A stretch of DNA of 64,000 bases from Alphaproteobacteria bacterium (GTDB lineage: Bacteria; Pseudomonadota; Alphaproteobacteria; RF32; CAG-239): positions 13,855-77,854 of the forward strand of contig JAZNXK010000022.1 of the NCBI GenBank assembly GCA_045593845.1, read 5' to 3'. This document shows positions 11,018 to 21,255 of this stretch, one piece after another (the stretch's first letter is position 1; the number at the start of each line of letters is the position of its first letter). The notes below the pieces were generated by a model. The model saw only the letters and a program-made list of their open reading frames with translations. It was not told where the DNA came from and did not search any database. Made by a program: the position numbers and the translations under genes.

Positions 11018-11417
11018 CAGGCAGCCGGATAGTCGCATTACGGAAAGTAAAATCCGCGGATGAGGAAAGTCCGGGCTTTATGGAAACAAAACACCAGATA
11101 ACGTCTGGCTGGAGCAATCCAAGGGAAAGTGCCACAGAAAATTACCGCCAAACACTGCTTTGGTAAGGTTGAAAAGGGGAGGTAAGAGCTCACCGCAAAA
11201 TTAGCAATAATTTTGGCATAGGTAAACCCTGTTTGAAGCAAGACCAAATTAGGAGAGCTTTTTTTTATAAAAGTTACACGGAGCGTTTCCACTCCACTCC
11301 AGAGGTAGGTCGCAATGAGCGTGACAGTAATGTCTCGCCGAGATGAATGACTATCGTTTCAACCTTTGCCCAAAAGCAAAGATAGTGAAATACAGAACCC
11401 GGCTTATAGGCTGCCTG
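11018..11417 (+). ncRNA. rnpB: RNase P RNA, bacterial type A
   Basis: GAGGAAAGTCCGGGC (P4 5' strand) at ~11062 and ACAGAACCCGGCTTA near the 3' end. The terminal pairing CAGGCAGCC (11018) / GGCTGCCTG (to 11417) is followed by a T-run. Ends are good to about 5 nt. Confidence 0.85.
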
Positions 11418-11441
11418 TTTTTTTTGATAAAGGAAGAAAAA

Positions 11442-12296
11442 ATGCAACAACAGACATTAGCGCAATCAGTAGAAATAAACGGAGTTGGTCTGCATTCCGG
11501 ATTGCCTTCAAAATTGGTCTTAAAACCTGCCGAAGAAAACACCGGCATAATGTTCAAACGTTCTGATATTTCTAGTGCCGAGCCTGTTTCCGCATTATAT
11601 TCAAACGTAAAAGATACGCGTAATTGCACCTGTTTGGCAGATAATCAAGGCAATTTAATAAGCACAATCGAGCACTTAATGTCCGCACTGTATATACTCG
11701 GTATTGATAATGTTTTGATAGAAGTCTCCAATCCTGAAATTCCTATTTTGGACGGTAGCGCCGACTTTTTATACCAAACACTAAAGAAAATACCGTTGGT
11801 CAAGCAAAATTCTGCGCGAAAATACATAAAAATCCTCAAAGTAGTAGAGTTTATTGATGATAAAAATAACAAAATATCTTTATCACCTTTTGACGAAGGA
11901 CTGAAAATAGATTTTACCATAGAATTTCCCTCAAAGATTGTCGGGCATCAAGAGTTTCATGGGCTTATCAACGAAGAAATATTTGCTTCGAAAATAGCTC
12001 AATGCCGCACGTTTTGTGAAAAAACACAAATAGACTATCTCCAATCAATCGGCTTGATAAAAGGCGGAAGTCTTGATAATGCACTTGTTTTGGATGGTGA
12101 CAGAGTGCTCAATCCTGATGGCATGAAACATAAATTTGAGTGTGTCAATCACAAAGTCTTGGATGCCATAGGCGATATGTATACCTCCGGTTATCACATA
12201 ATCGGGGCATTAAATGCTGACAAGACTGGACATTTTCATAATAACGAAGTATTAAAAAAATTGTTTAGTGATAATTCTAATTATAAAGTGGTGTAA
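11442..12296 (+). CDS. lpxC: UDP-3-O-acyl-N-acetylglucosamine deacetylase
   Basis: MQQQTLAQSVEINGVGLHSG start with a GGAAG RBS upstream. The ORF-track start 11343 would run through rnpB. Confidence 0.9.
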   Translation: MQQQTLAQSVEINGVGLHSGLPSKLVLKPAEENTGIMFKRSDISSAEPVSALYSNVKDTRNCTCLADNQGNLISTIEHLMSALYILGIDNVLIEVSNPEIPILDGSADFLYQTLKKIPLVKQNSARKYIKILKVVEFIDDKNNKISLSPFDEGLKIDFTIEFPSKIVGHQEFHGLINEEIFASKIAQCRTFCEKTQIDYLQSIGLIKGGSLDNALVLDGDRVLNPDGMKHKFECVNHKVLDAIGDMYTSGYHIIGALNADKTGHFHNNEVLKKLFSDNSNYKVV

Positions 12297-12298
12297 AA

Positions 12299-13048
12299 AT
12301 GGCAAAAATAAAATTATTTCTCTTTGCTTTCATAGCAATATCAATGTTGAGTTCCTGTGCTTCAACCGAAAAAGAAGATGCGGAAGAAAATATTTCCGTA
12401 GAGCGCTTGTATAATCGCGGCCATAAACAACTTGCCAAAACAAAATATAAAAAAGCGGCCGAAACATTCGAAAAAGTTGAGCTTGAATACCCGTATTCCA
12501 AATGGGCAACCGAGGCCAAACTCATGGGTGCATATTCTCACTACAAAGCCGAGAACTATGACGAAGCTGTCATGTCTCTTGACAGATTTATCCGTTTTCA
12601 TCCCGGTAACGAAAATATTGCCTATGCCTATTATCTGAAGGCAATTTGCTACTTTGACCAAATTTCCGATGTTAATCGTGACCAAGGACAAACCCAAAAA
12701 GCATTAAAATCACTTGAACAACTGGTAAGAAGATTTCCGATGTCAAAATATGCTCCTGATGCCCGTCAAAAAATTATCTTTACCAAAGATCATCTCGCCG
12801 GGCAAGAGATGGAAATCGGACGTTTTTACTTAAAACAGCATAACTATCTTTCTGCTCTGAACAGATTTTCCAATGTTGTCAATCACTATCAAAGCACAAA
12901 ATACATTGAAGAAGCCTTATATCGCCAAGCAGAAGTTTATACTATTTTGGGTATGAATGCAGAGGCAAGCAATGCATATAAAATCCTAAAATATAACTAT
13001 CCGGAAGGCGATTGGACAGCCAAGACGGAGGCTCTCATCAAAGGTTAG
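12299..13048 (+). CDS. bamD: outer membrane protein assembly factor BamD (YfiO)
   Basis: Lipobox MLSSC, TPR-like repeats, and a position between lpxC and recN as in alphaproteobacteria. Confidence 0.8.
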   Translation: MAKIKLFLFAFIAISMLSSCASTEKEDAEENISVERLYNRGHKQLAKTKYKKAAETFEKVELEYPYSKWATEAKLMGAYSHYKAENYDEAVMSLDRFIRFHPGNENIAYAYYLKAICYFDQISDVNRDQGQTQKALKSLEQLVRRFPMSKYAPDARQKIIFTKDHLAGQEMEIGRFYLKQHNYLSALNRFSNVVNHYQSTKYIEEALYRQAEVYTILGMNAEASNAYKILKYNYPEGDWTAKTEALIKG

Positions 13049-13051
13049 TCC

Positions 13052-14716
13052 ATGCTTGAAAGTCTGTCGGTTCGCAACTTTGTCTTGATTGAAAAACTGG
13101 ATGTAGATTTTACATCCGGTTTTACTATCTTGAGCGGTGAAACCGGCGCCGGAAAATCGATATTATTGGGTGCTTTAGGTCTGGTTATGGGAAATCGCGC
13201 CGATATTGATTTAATCCGCAACGGCACCGATAAACTTTCTGTTACGGCAACATTTTCCGCGCCACGGGCTGAAAGCCGCTTGGCCGCTGTTGCCAAAGAA
13301 AACGATATTGAAATTGACGACATGATAATTATTAAGAGAAGTTTGAGCTCCGACGGCAAGAGTAAAATATTTATCAATGACCAGCCGGTTTCGCTAAAAC
13401 TTCTTAAAGAGTTTGCTTCCGAGCTTGTCGAAATTCACGGACAATTTGACAATCAAGGTCTGCTCAATCAGGCAAATCATATCTCCATACTTGATAACTA
13501 CGGAAAATATACGGAAAAACTTGAACAGGTCAAAGATTTTTATAATCAGTATAAACAAGCAGTAAACAACCGTATAAAAGCCGCACAAGAGCTTGAACAA
13601 TCAAGACGCGAAGAAGAAAATATTAAGGCTTGGGTTGATGAGTTGCGAAAAATCAATCCTGTTGCCGGTGAAGAAGAAGATTTGAGTAAACGTCGCACCG
13701 AGATTATGAATTCCGAAAAAATAATGGATAGCTTTAATTTGGCATATTCTTCTTTGACGCAGGAATTTGATATTTTTTCATCACTTCGCCGTGCCGAGAA
13801 TGCAATCAGCCGCATCAACAATCTGCTGGACAACAAATATAGTGAAATTGCCGAGACATTGGACCAAGCGGTTATCAATCTTGAGGAATCTGTCCGCCAA
13901 ATAGAAGATGCTTCGGCCAATATGAATTATAATGCCAACGAGGCAGACCAAATAGAACAAAGACTTTTTGCCTTGCGTTCCGTTGCGCGCAAACATCAGG
14001 TTTCGGTTGATGAATTGCCGCAAAAATTACAAGAAATGCAAGAAAAACTCACTATTATAGTAGATGGAGAAGATAATCTTATATCCTTGAGCAAAATAGA
14101 AGAAAAAACGCGTCTTCAATACCTTCAATCAGCCAAGGAATTAAGCCAACTTCGCCATCAGGCGGCAAGCACATTGGATAAAAAAGTCATGGCAGAGTTG
14201 CCGCCGCTTAAAATGGAAAAAGCAACTTTTATTACCAAAATCGAAGAATTGCCTGAAAATCAATGGAATTCTTCCGGAATAGATAATGTTTCGTTCACTG
14301 TTTCTACCAATCCGAATTCTCCGCAAGGCCCCTTGAACAAAATAGCCTCCGGTGGTGAATTGGCGCGTTTTATGTTAGCACTAAAAGTTAATCTCGCCGC
14401 CGACAAAGAACAAAAAACCATGATATTTGACGAAGTTGATGCAGGGATTGGCGGAGCCACAGCTCAAGCCGTCGGCACTCGATTGCGTGATTTGGCCGAA
14501 AAAGAACAGGTATTGGTAGTAACCCACTCGCCGCAGGTTGCCGCTTGCGGACAAAATCATTTTAAGGTTTTCAAACAGACGGAAAACAACATAACCACCA
14601 CTTATATTTCGCTCTTATCTTCTGAAGAACGCGAAGAAGAAATCGCCCGCATGCTTGCCGGTGAAAAAATCAGCGACGAAGCAAGAGCGGCAGCAAAAGT
14701 TTTAATCAAGTCATAA
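13052..14716 (+). CDS. recN: DNA repair protein RecN
   Basis: LSVRNFVLIEKLDVDFTSGFTILSGETGAGKSIL N-terminus, a long coiled-coil middle and a C-terminal ASGGELARF signature. Confidence 0.9.
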   Translation: MLESLSVRNFVLIEKLDVDFTSGFTILSGETGAGKSILLGALGLVMGNRADIDLIRNGTDKLSVTATFSAPRAESRLAAVAKENDIEIDDMIIIKRSLSSDGKSKIFINDQPVSLKLLKEFASELVEIHGQFDNQGLLNQANHISILDNYGKYTEKLEQVKDFYNQYKQAVNNRIKAAQELEQSRREEENIKAWVDELRKINPVAGEEEDLSKRRTEIMNSEKIMDSFNLAYSSLTQEFDIFSSLRRAENAISRINNLLDNKYSEIAETLDQAVINLEESVRQIEDASANMNYNANEADQIEQRLFALRSVARKHQVSVDELPQKLQEMQEKLTIIVDGEDNLISLSKIEEKTRLQYLQSAKELSQLRHQAASTLDKKVMAELPPLKMEKATFITKIEELPENQWNSSGIDNVSFTVSTNPNSPQGPLNKIASGGELARFMLALKVNLAADKEQKTMIFDEVDAGIGGATAQAVGTRLRDLAEKEQVLVVTHSPQVAACGQNHFKVFKQTENNITTTYISLLSSEEREEEIARMLAGEKISDEARAAAKVLIKS

Positions 14717-14726
14717 GGAATAAAAA

Positions 14727-16166
14727 ATGAAAATACGAACACGTTTTGCACCATCACCAACCGGATATATGCACATAGGCAACTTGCGCACGGCATTATA
14801 TGAGTATTTGATTGCCAAATCACAAGGCGGTGATTTTTTGTTGCGCATTGAAGATACCGACCAAAAGCGGTATGTAGAAGGCTCAACCGACATCATCTAC
14901 AATACCCTAAAAACCGTCCACATGGATTGGGACGAAGGTCCGGATATTGGTGGTGATTTTGGTCCGTATATTCAGTCAGAAAGAAAGAAAATCTATGCCG
15001 AATATGCGCATAAACTGGTGGAGCTCGGCGGGGCGCATTATTGTTTTTGTGCCGCACATGACGAAGAAGAAAACGACGAAGAAGAAAATAAAATTCCGAC
15101 CAAATTCAAAGACCCCTGCAAACATATTCCTCTCGAAGAGGCAAAAGCTCGCGTAGCTGCAGGTGAACCATATACCATAAGACAAACCATCAACAAACAA
15201 GGTGTGTCACATTTTCATGACGAAGTTTACGGGGATATAGAGATTGATTATGACGAACTTGATGAAGGTGTTTTGCTCAAAACCGACGGCTTACCGACCT
15301 ACAATTTTGCCAATGTTGTTGATGACCACTTAATGCAAATCAGCCACGTAGTTCGCGGTAATGAATATATTTCTTCAACTCCGAAATATAATCTGATTTA
15401 TGAAACTTTCGGTTGGACACCTCCGATTTATGTTCACGTTCCTCAAGTTATGAAAGATGCTCAACACAAATTGAGCAAACGCAACGGTGATGCTTCATTC
15501 CAAGATTTGGTAGCCAAAGGTTATTTACCAGAAGCAATTTTGAATTATATTGCTTTGTTGGGTTGGAATCCCGGTACCGACCAAGAGATTTTTTCACTTG
15601 AAGAACTCAAAAAATGTTTTACAACCGAGCGCCTGAATAAATCGCCGGCGATTTTTGATATTGTAAAATTGACATGGATGAACGGCTGTTATATTCGTGA
15701 GCTCTCAAGCGAAAAATTTCACGAGTTGGCAATGCCGTATTATCAAAAATATCTGACCCGAAATCTCAATTTACCGATGTTAAGCAGTGTTCTTCAACCA
15801 CGTATCGAAACATTTAACGACATAGCTGTTCAAACCGATTTTTTGGAGCAGATGCCTGATTATTCATTGGATTTATATACCAATAAAAAAATGAAAACCG
15901 ATATCGAAGTTGCAAAAAAATCTCTGGCTTTGGTTTTGCCGGCACTGCAAAACGTTACCGATTGGAGTAACGAAAATCTTTTTGAACAGCTGAAAAATTT
16001 GGCAGTTGCAAATGAAATGAAGAACGGGCAAATTCTTTATCCCTTGCGCATAGCTTTGAGCGGAAAAGAAACAACTTCCGGCGGAGCTACCGAAATAGCT
16101 GTTATTTTGGGTAAAGAAGAAAGCATAAAACGTGTTCAACAAGCTTTGCAAAAACTGGGAGCATAA
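14727..16166 (+). CDS. gltX: glutamate--tRNA ligase
   Basis: RFAPSPTGYMHIGNLRTAL (HIGH) and KLSKR (KMSKS) motifs. Confidence 0.95.
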   Translation: MKIRTRFAPSPTGYMHIGNLRTALYEYLIAKSQGGDFLLRIEDTDQKRYVEGSTDIIYNTLKTVHMDWDEGPDIGGDFGPYIQSERKKIYAEYAHKLVELGGAHYCFCAAHDEEENDEEENKIPTKFKDPCKHIPLEEAKARVAAGEPYTIRQTINKQGVSHFHDEVYGDIEIDYDELDEGVLLKTDGLPTYNFANVVDDHLMQISHVVRGNEYISSTPKYNLIYETFGWTPPIYVHVPQVMKDAQHKLSKRNGDASFQDLVAKGYLPEAILNYIALLGWNPGTDQEIFSLEELKKCFTTERLNKSPAIFDIVKLTWMNGCYIRELSSEKFHELAMPYYQKYLTRNLNLPMLSSVLQPRIETFNDIAVQTDFLEQMPDYSLDLYTNKKMKTDIEVAKKSLALVLPALQNVTDWSNENLFEQLKNLAVANEMKNGQILYPLRIALSGKETTSGGATEIAVILGKEESIKRVQQALQKLGA

Positions 16167-16167
16167 T

Positions 16168-16557
16168 ATGAAAGATGTAGGCACAGGAATTATTGTCCGT
16201 GACGGAAAAATTTTTATCGGACAACGTCCGGAAGGCAAACCTTTAGCCGGACTTTGGGAATTTCCCGGCGGAAAACAGGAAGAAGGAGAAAGTATTGAAG
16301 AATGCCTCAAAAGAGAATTGAGGGAAGAACTTAATATTGAAGCCACTATCGGCAAACATATAATGGATACAACCTACCGCTATCCTGAAAATGAGTTTTG
16401 TCTTCATGTTTATATGGTAACCATTCCCGAAAATGCCAAAATCAAACTCAATGTTCACCAAAATTCTGCTTGGGTAACGGCGAGCGATATGAATAAATAC
16501 AAATTTCCTCCCGCCGATGAGGAAATTATAAAAAAATTGCAGGATATGGCTGTTTAA
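16168..16557 (+). CDS. NUDIX hydrolase, MutT-like (8-oxo-dGTP diphosphatase family)
   Basis: Nudix box GGKQEEGESIEECLKRELREELNI. I chose ATG 16168; the track start 16132 overlaps the gltX 3' end. Confidence 0.8.
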   Translation: MKDVGTGIIVRDGKIFIGQRPEGKPLAGLWEFPGGKQEEGESIEECLKRELREELNIEATIGKHIMDTTYRYPENEFCLHVYMVTIPENAKIKLNVHQNSAWVTASDMNKYKFPPADEEIIKKLQDMAV

Positions 16558-16597
16558 TTTCCGTTGATATAATCACAAAAGGTAATAAATTATAGTA

Positions 16598-17716
16598 ATG
16601 CGAGAAGATTTGAAATATGAAATAAACAAAAATTTGCTGGAGATAACTCTCTCCGGTGATTATGTATTATATGACAATTATAACCAAAAAAGCTCATTAT
16701 ACAGTGCTGCAGGCAACAATTCCGTGAGCAAAATCATCATTGATGGTAAAAATTTAGGCCAATGGGATTCTACTTTGGTTGTCATAATAGTTGAACTTAT
16801 AAAAATTGCGAACTCACGGAAGATAAGCATTGAGCAAAAGAACTTCCCTCAAGGTTTGAGTAGTCTTATCAACTTGGCCTTTGCCGTCAACCGCAATCCT
16901 CCGTCTCCGGTTCAAAATTCATCATTGAGCTTGGAGGCAATCGGTGCATGGGGCTGTAATATATACGAAAGTTTTTGCAAAGGTCTCGGTTTTATCGGAC
17001 AATCAATCAAAGCCTTCGGTAAACTTATGGTCGGAAAATCACTGATGCGCGGAATTGATTTTTCTTCTGCTTTGGAGGCATGCGGCCTCAATGCCTTGCC
17101 GATTGTTTCTCTAATCAGCTTTATGGTCGGATTGATATTGGCCTTTGTTGGTGCCGTCCAACTCAGAAGCTTCGGAGCGCAAATTTATGTGGCCAGTTTG
17201 GTAACTATCGGTATGACACGTATTATGGGCGCAATAATGACCGGTATAATCATGGCCGGCAGAACCGGCGCTTCCTATGCTGCAGCCATCGGCACAATGC
17301 AGGTTAACGAAGAGATTGATGCTCTGAAAACCATGGGTATAAATCCGGTAGATTTTTTGGTAACTCCGCGTATGTTGGCCCTGATTATCACTATGCCGAT
17401 TTTGACAATGTGGTCTGATATTATGGGTATGATGGGCGGTGGATTTGTAGGTGTAACCATGCTTGGTATTCCGGTGCAAAAATATTTTGAGTTATCTTTG
17501 GCAGCAATCAGCTTAAATAATTTTTTGGTCGGTATTTTTCATGGTTTTGTTTTTGGAATTGTTATTGCCGTTTGCGGTTGTTATTATGGCATATATTGCG
17601 GGCGCAATGCCGACAGTGTAGGTGTTTCAACCACCAAAGCGGTAGTCTCTGCCATAATTTGGATGATAGTGATGACCGGCATAATTACTATAATTTGTCA
17701 GGAGCTTGGAATATGA
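16598..17716 (+). CDS. MlaE-family ABC permease with an N-terminal STAS-like domain
   Basis: The C-terminal ~260 aa are polytopic with MlaE-like segments (LPIVSLISFMVGLILAFVGAVQL). The first ~100 aa are soluble and STAS-like. Confidence 0.75.
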   Translation: MREDLKYEINKNLLEITLSGDYVLYDNYNQKSSLYSAAGNNSVSKIIIDGKNLGQWDSTLVVIIVELIKIANSRKISIEQKNFPQGLSSLINLAFAVNRNPPSPVQNSSLSLEAIGAWGCNIYESFCKGLGFIGQSIKAFGKLMVGKSLMRGIDFSSALEACGLNALPIVSLISFMVGLILAFVGAVQLRSFGAQIYVASLVTIGMTRIMGAIMTGIIMAGRTGASYAAAIGTMQVNEEIDALKTMGINPVDFLVTPRMLALIITMPILTMWSDIMGMMGGGFVGVTMLGIPVQKYFELSLAAISLNNFLVGIFHGFVFGIVIAVCGCYYGIYCGRNADSVGVSTTKAVVSAIIWMIVMTGIITIICQELGI

Positions 17717-18465
17717 TTGACGACACAAAACAAATCGTAGCCGAAAAGCTGACTGTAGGATATGGCGATAATATTCTCTTAAAAGAAATTAACTTTAATA
17801 TTAATAAGCACGATATATTCGTAATTATGGGCGGTTCGGGTTGCGGAAAAAGCAGTCTTCTTCGCGTATTGACGGGATTGGTTCCTCCCATCAGCGGCAA
17901 AATTTTCATAAACGGAAAAAATTTTACCGGCGAAAATCTGCAACAGAAAAAACAAATCATGCAAGACAGCGGAATTTTATATCAAAGCGGCGCCTTATTC
18001 AGCTCGATGACTTTGGCAGAAAATGTTGCTTTGCCTCTGCAACTATACCGCGGCTATTCCGCATCACAAGTCAAAGAATTGGTATCATTAAAACTTGCTC
18101 TTGTGGGGCTTGCCGGTTTTGAAGAGTATTATCCTTCGGAGATCAGCGGCGGAATGAAAAAGCGCGCCGGTCTGGCAAGAGCTTTAGCTTTAGATCCCGA
18201 AATTGTTTATTTTGACGAGCCTTCCGCAGGTCTTGATCCTATAAGTTCAAAATTGTTGGATGATCTGATATTAGATATCAACCACAGTCTTGGAACAACT
18301 ATTGTAATTGTAACTCACGAATTGGCTTCAATTTTTGCCATTGGCAACAATTCGATTTTTTTAGATGGCGCCAGCAAGTCGATTATCGGACAGGGCAATC
18401 CTAACGAAATGCTGAAAAATCCGCCTAACGAAACAGTCTATCAATTTTTAACCAGAGGAAAATAA
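17713..18465 (+). CDS. MlaF-like ABC transporter ATP-binding protein
   Basis: Walker A GGSGCGKSS, signature ISGGMKKRAGLARAL, Walker B VYFDEP. ATG 17713 overlaps the permease stop (ATGA). Confidence 0.85.
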   Translation: MIDDTKQIVAEKLTVGYGDNILLKEINFNINKHDIFVIMGGSGCGKSSLLRVLTGLVPPISGKIFINGKNFTGENLQQKKQIMQDSGILYQSGALFSSMTLAENVALPLQLYRGYSASQVKELVSLKLALVGLAGFEEYYPSEISGGMKKRAGLARALALDPEIVYFDEPSAGLDPISSKLLDDLILDINHSLGTTIVIVTHELASIFAIGNNSIFLDGASKSIIGQGNPNEMLKNPPNETVYQFLTRGK

Positions 18466-18468
18466 AAA

Positions 18469-19236
18469 ATGCGTAAAAAACCAAATAACAAACTCATAGG
18501 TCTTTTTATCGTCAGTGGAATAGCGCTTTTTGTTGCTATAATCGGTATGTTTGTATCCGAAAAAATGATGGGTAAAGATAAAGACTTGGTAGTAATGTAT
18601 TTTTCCGAATCCATAATGGGTCTGGATGTCGGTTCCCAAGTAGTTTTCAAAGGTGTGTCCGTAGGTAAAGTTGCAAAAATAGACGTTATAACCGATTTGC
18701 AAGAGCTGGAATTTAGTATTCCGGTATATGTTTCTTTCAACGAAAGAGCAGTAAGTTCCGAACAACCTACCGAAAGTGATGAGGAAATATTGCATGAACT
18801 GATTGCCAAAGGCTTGAGGGCAAGGCTTGCAACCCAAAACATGTTGACGGGGCAGCTTATGATTGAATTAGAATTTATACCGGACGCCGGAGAGGCAGTA
18901 TATAAATCTCGTGATCCTAAAGTGCCTGAAATTCCGACGGTTCTATCACAATATGCAGAGTTCTCTCAAGGCATACAAGAAATTCCGCTTCGAGAAACAT
19001 TTAAGAAAGTTAATAAGTTTTTGGATAATCTTAACCATGAAGTTGTTCCGCAATTGGAAAAACTTGTTACTGATTTTTCGGTTATTCCTAACAGAACGCG
19101 CAATATTCCGACCACTTTGGACAGCTTCAATCAAGCCATGCAAAACATTTCGGCGGCGGCCAAAACACTGGGCAATTTTGCCGATTATATGGAACGTCAC
19201 CCCGAAGCATTATTGAAAGGTAAAGGAGGATATTAA
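18469..19236 (+). CDS. MlaD/MCE-domain substrate-binding protein
   Basis: N-terminal TM anchor followed by MCE-like GLDVGSQVVFKGVSVGKV. It lies 3 nt after the ATPase gene. Confidence 0.75.
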   Translation: MRKKPNNKLIGLFIVSGIALFVAIIGMFVSEKMMGKDKDLVVMYFSESIMGLDVGSQVVFKGVSVGKVAKIDVITDLQELEFSIPVYVSFNERAVSSEQPTESDEEILHELIAKGLRARLATQNMLTGQLMIELEFIPDAGEAVYKSRDPKVPEIPTVLSQYAEFSQGIQEIPLRETFKKVNKFLDNLNHEVVPQLEKLVTDFSVIPNRTRNIPTTLDSFNQAMQNISAAAKTLGNFADYMERHPEALLKGKGGY

Positions 19237-19239
19237 AAA

Positions 19240-19797
19240 ATGAAAAAAATCGTATTTTTATTTGTTTTACTGCTAGCCGGTTGCGGAATAAGCAAACCGT
19301 CAACATTTTATCACTTACAAGCCGCGAGCAAAGATGCTGCCGTATCGCAAAAAAATATAACCGTCGGCATAGATGAAGTGATTGTTCCCAAATATGCCGA
19401 TCGTCCGCAAATGGTGATGCAAGAAGCAGATTCACCTGAACTCAAAATTTCAGAATTCAATCGTTGGGCAGAACCGTTGAATTTTGCCATTGCCAGAATT
19501 TTGGCCGACGATATATCATTGTATCTGCCTAAATCAACCATAAAACCCAGAACATATATATCGGAAAACTTTAAATATACAATAAGTGTAGAAATCAGCA
19601 AATTTGACATTACCCTAAATAAACAAGTTGCACTTGATGCATGGTGGACCATATTTAGAAATGGTAATATCATTTACCAAGGTCGCAGTCGTTTCAGCCA
19701 CCCGGTTGATGATAATTTGAACAATGTTGTTGAGGCGCAAAGTCAGCTTATTAACCAAATGGCCGAACAAATTGCTCTAAAACTGACAAAACTATAA
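19240..19797 (+). CDS. ABC-type transport auxiliary lipoprotein (DUF330/PqiC-like)
   Basis: Lipobox LLAGC, 185 aa, in the usual position after an MCE gene. Confidence 0.6.
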   Translation: MKKIVFLFVLLLAGCGISKPSTFYHLQAASKDAAVSQKNITVGIDEVIVPKYADRPQMVMQEADSPELKISEFNRWAEPLNFAIARILADDISLYLPKSTIKPRTYISENFKYTISVEISKFDITLNKQVALDAWWTIFRNGNIIYQGRSRFSHPVDDNLNNVVEAQSQLINQMAEQIALKLTKL

Positions 19798-19806
19798 GAG
19801 GATATA

Positions 19807-21066
19807 ATGCAAGACTTAACTGAAATACTTTCGCACTACGGTATAAAGGGTGAGGTTACCGGAATAAATGTCGGACCGCTTGTCAAGCAAATAGAGTTTT
19901 TGCCCGAGGCTGGCACCAAGATTAAAAATATCACGGCTTCTCTTTCTGATATAGCGCGAGAAATGGGTGTTACATCTTTGCGTGTTGAGCCGATTGCCGG
20001 CACGCAGAAACTGGGTTTTGAAATTGCCGCTGATACCATGCAAACGGTAGATTTTTCGGGAGTTGTATCTTCTGATGAGTTCAAAAATCAAAAAGGTGCT
20101 TTGCCGCTTTATCTCGGTGTTGATATTGCCGGAAAACCTGTATTTGCTGACTTGGCAAAAATGCCGCATTTGCTCATTGGCGGAACAACCGGCTCCGGAA
20201 AGTCCGTTGCCTTAAATTGCTTTATCCTCTCTTTAATCAGTATTAAAAAACCTAGTGAACTGAAATTTGTCTTGATAGATCCCAAAAGGATAGAGTTTTC
20301 GGTATATAACGACAAGAGCCATCTTTTAGGACCGGTTGTTACCGATAACAAACAAGCGGCTTCTGTTCTGAAATATCTGGTTGATGAAATGGAGAGACGC
20401 TATGGCCTTTTTGAAGAAACAATGGTTCGCAATATCGGCGAGTATAATGACAAAGGTGAGTTTTTGCCATATATTGTCTGCGTAATTGATGAGTTTGCCG
20501 ACCTTATTGCCGCTGATAAAAATGTTGACGATCACGTTCAACGTTTGGCGCAAAAGGCCAGAGCCGCAGGAATTCATCTTATATTGGCAACCCAAAGACC
20601 TTCGGTAGATGTTGTCACCGGTGTCCTAAAAGCCAATTTTCCTACCCGCATGGCCTTCAAAGTTGCTTCACAATTTGATTCTCGCACCATTTTGGATATG
20701 CCCGGTGCCGAAAATTTGCTCGGTCGCGGAGATGCCCTGTTTTTGCCGCAAAATGGTGAGATAAAGCGCGTTCACGGAGCCTATGTTCCTGATGATGAAA
20801 TCGCAAAAATTTTAGAAAAATATAACAAAAAACTCCCCGATTGGGAAAAAATTCTCCCCAAAGAACTCAAAGAAGAAAATCTTCCGCAGACAAGCAAAAA
20901 AGGCGAAATCAAAGCCGCAAAGGCAAAAGAGGGATTTTTCCGTCGTTGCTTGAACTGGTGGAGCCAGTTGCGTGTTCGGGAGCAAAAGACCATAATTCGT
21001 TGGCTGAAATATATTCTTACAGCCGTAATCGATATAATGGCCTCCCAACAAAAACGCCGCCGCTAA
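19807..21066 (+). CDS. FtsK/SpoIIIE-family DNA translocase motor (alpha-beta domains only)
   Basis: Walker A GGTTGSGKS, Walker B VCVIDEFADL and ATQRPS. No N-terminal TM domain and no recognisable gamma (winged-helix) domain. It starts 9 nt after the lipoprotein gene. Confidence 0.85.
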   Translation: MQDLTEILSHYGIKGEVTGINVGPLVKQIEFLPEAGTKIKNITASLSDIAREMGVTSLRVEPIAGTQKLGFEIAADTMQTVDFSGVVSSDEFKNQKGALPLYLGVDIAGKPVFADLAKMPHLLIGGTTGSGKSVALNCFILSLISIKKPSELKFVLIDPKRIEFSVYNDKSHLLGPVVTDNKQAASVLKYLVDEMERRYGLFEETMVRNIGEYNDKGEFLPYIVCVIDEFADLIAADKNVDDHVQRLAQKARAAGIHLILATQRPSVDVVTGVLKANFPTRMAFKVASQFDSRTILDMPGAENLLGRGDALFLPQNGEIKRVHGAYVPDDEIAKILEKYNKKLPDWEKILPKELKEENLPQTSKKGEIKAAKAKEGFFRRCLNWWSQLRVREQKTIIRWLKYILTAVIDIMASQQKRRR

Positions 21067-21255
21067 GAATATCAACGTCATTGCGAGAAAATCTTTGATT
21101 TTCGCGGCAATCCAGCTTGAAGGAACGGTATTTATCACTTTTTAACCATATCTTTAAGTTTCTCCTGTACCATTTTCGCTAGACAAAAAACATATTTTGT
21201 GTTAAATTATATTTTATAAATTAGCTATTTATCAAATTGAAACAGGAGAAGAAAG

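Noticed and set aside
11343-11441. N-terminal 33-codon extension of lpxC in the ORF track
   Set aside because: It runs through the 3' third of the RNase P RNA. The internal ATG 11442 has an RBS and gives the canonical LpxC N-terminus.
21075-21115. CGTCATTGCGAGAAAATC...GATTTTCGCGGCAATCC imperfect hairpin after the FtsK-like gene as a REP-type element
   Set aside because: There is only one copy in the window and the stem is imperfect. It may simply be a weak terminator.
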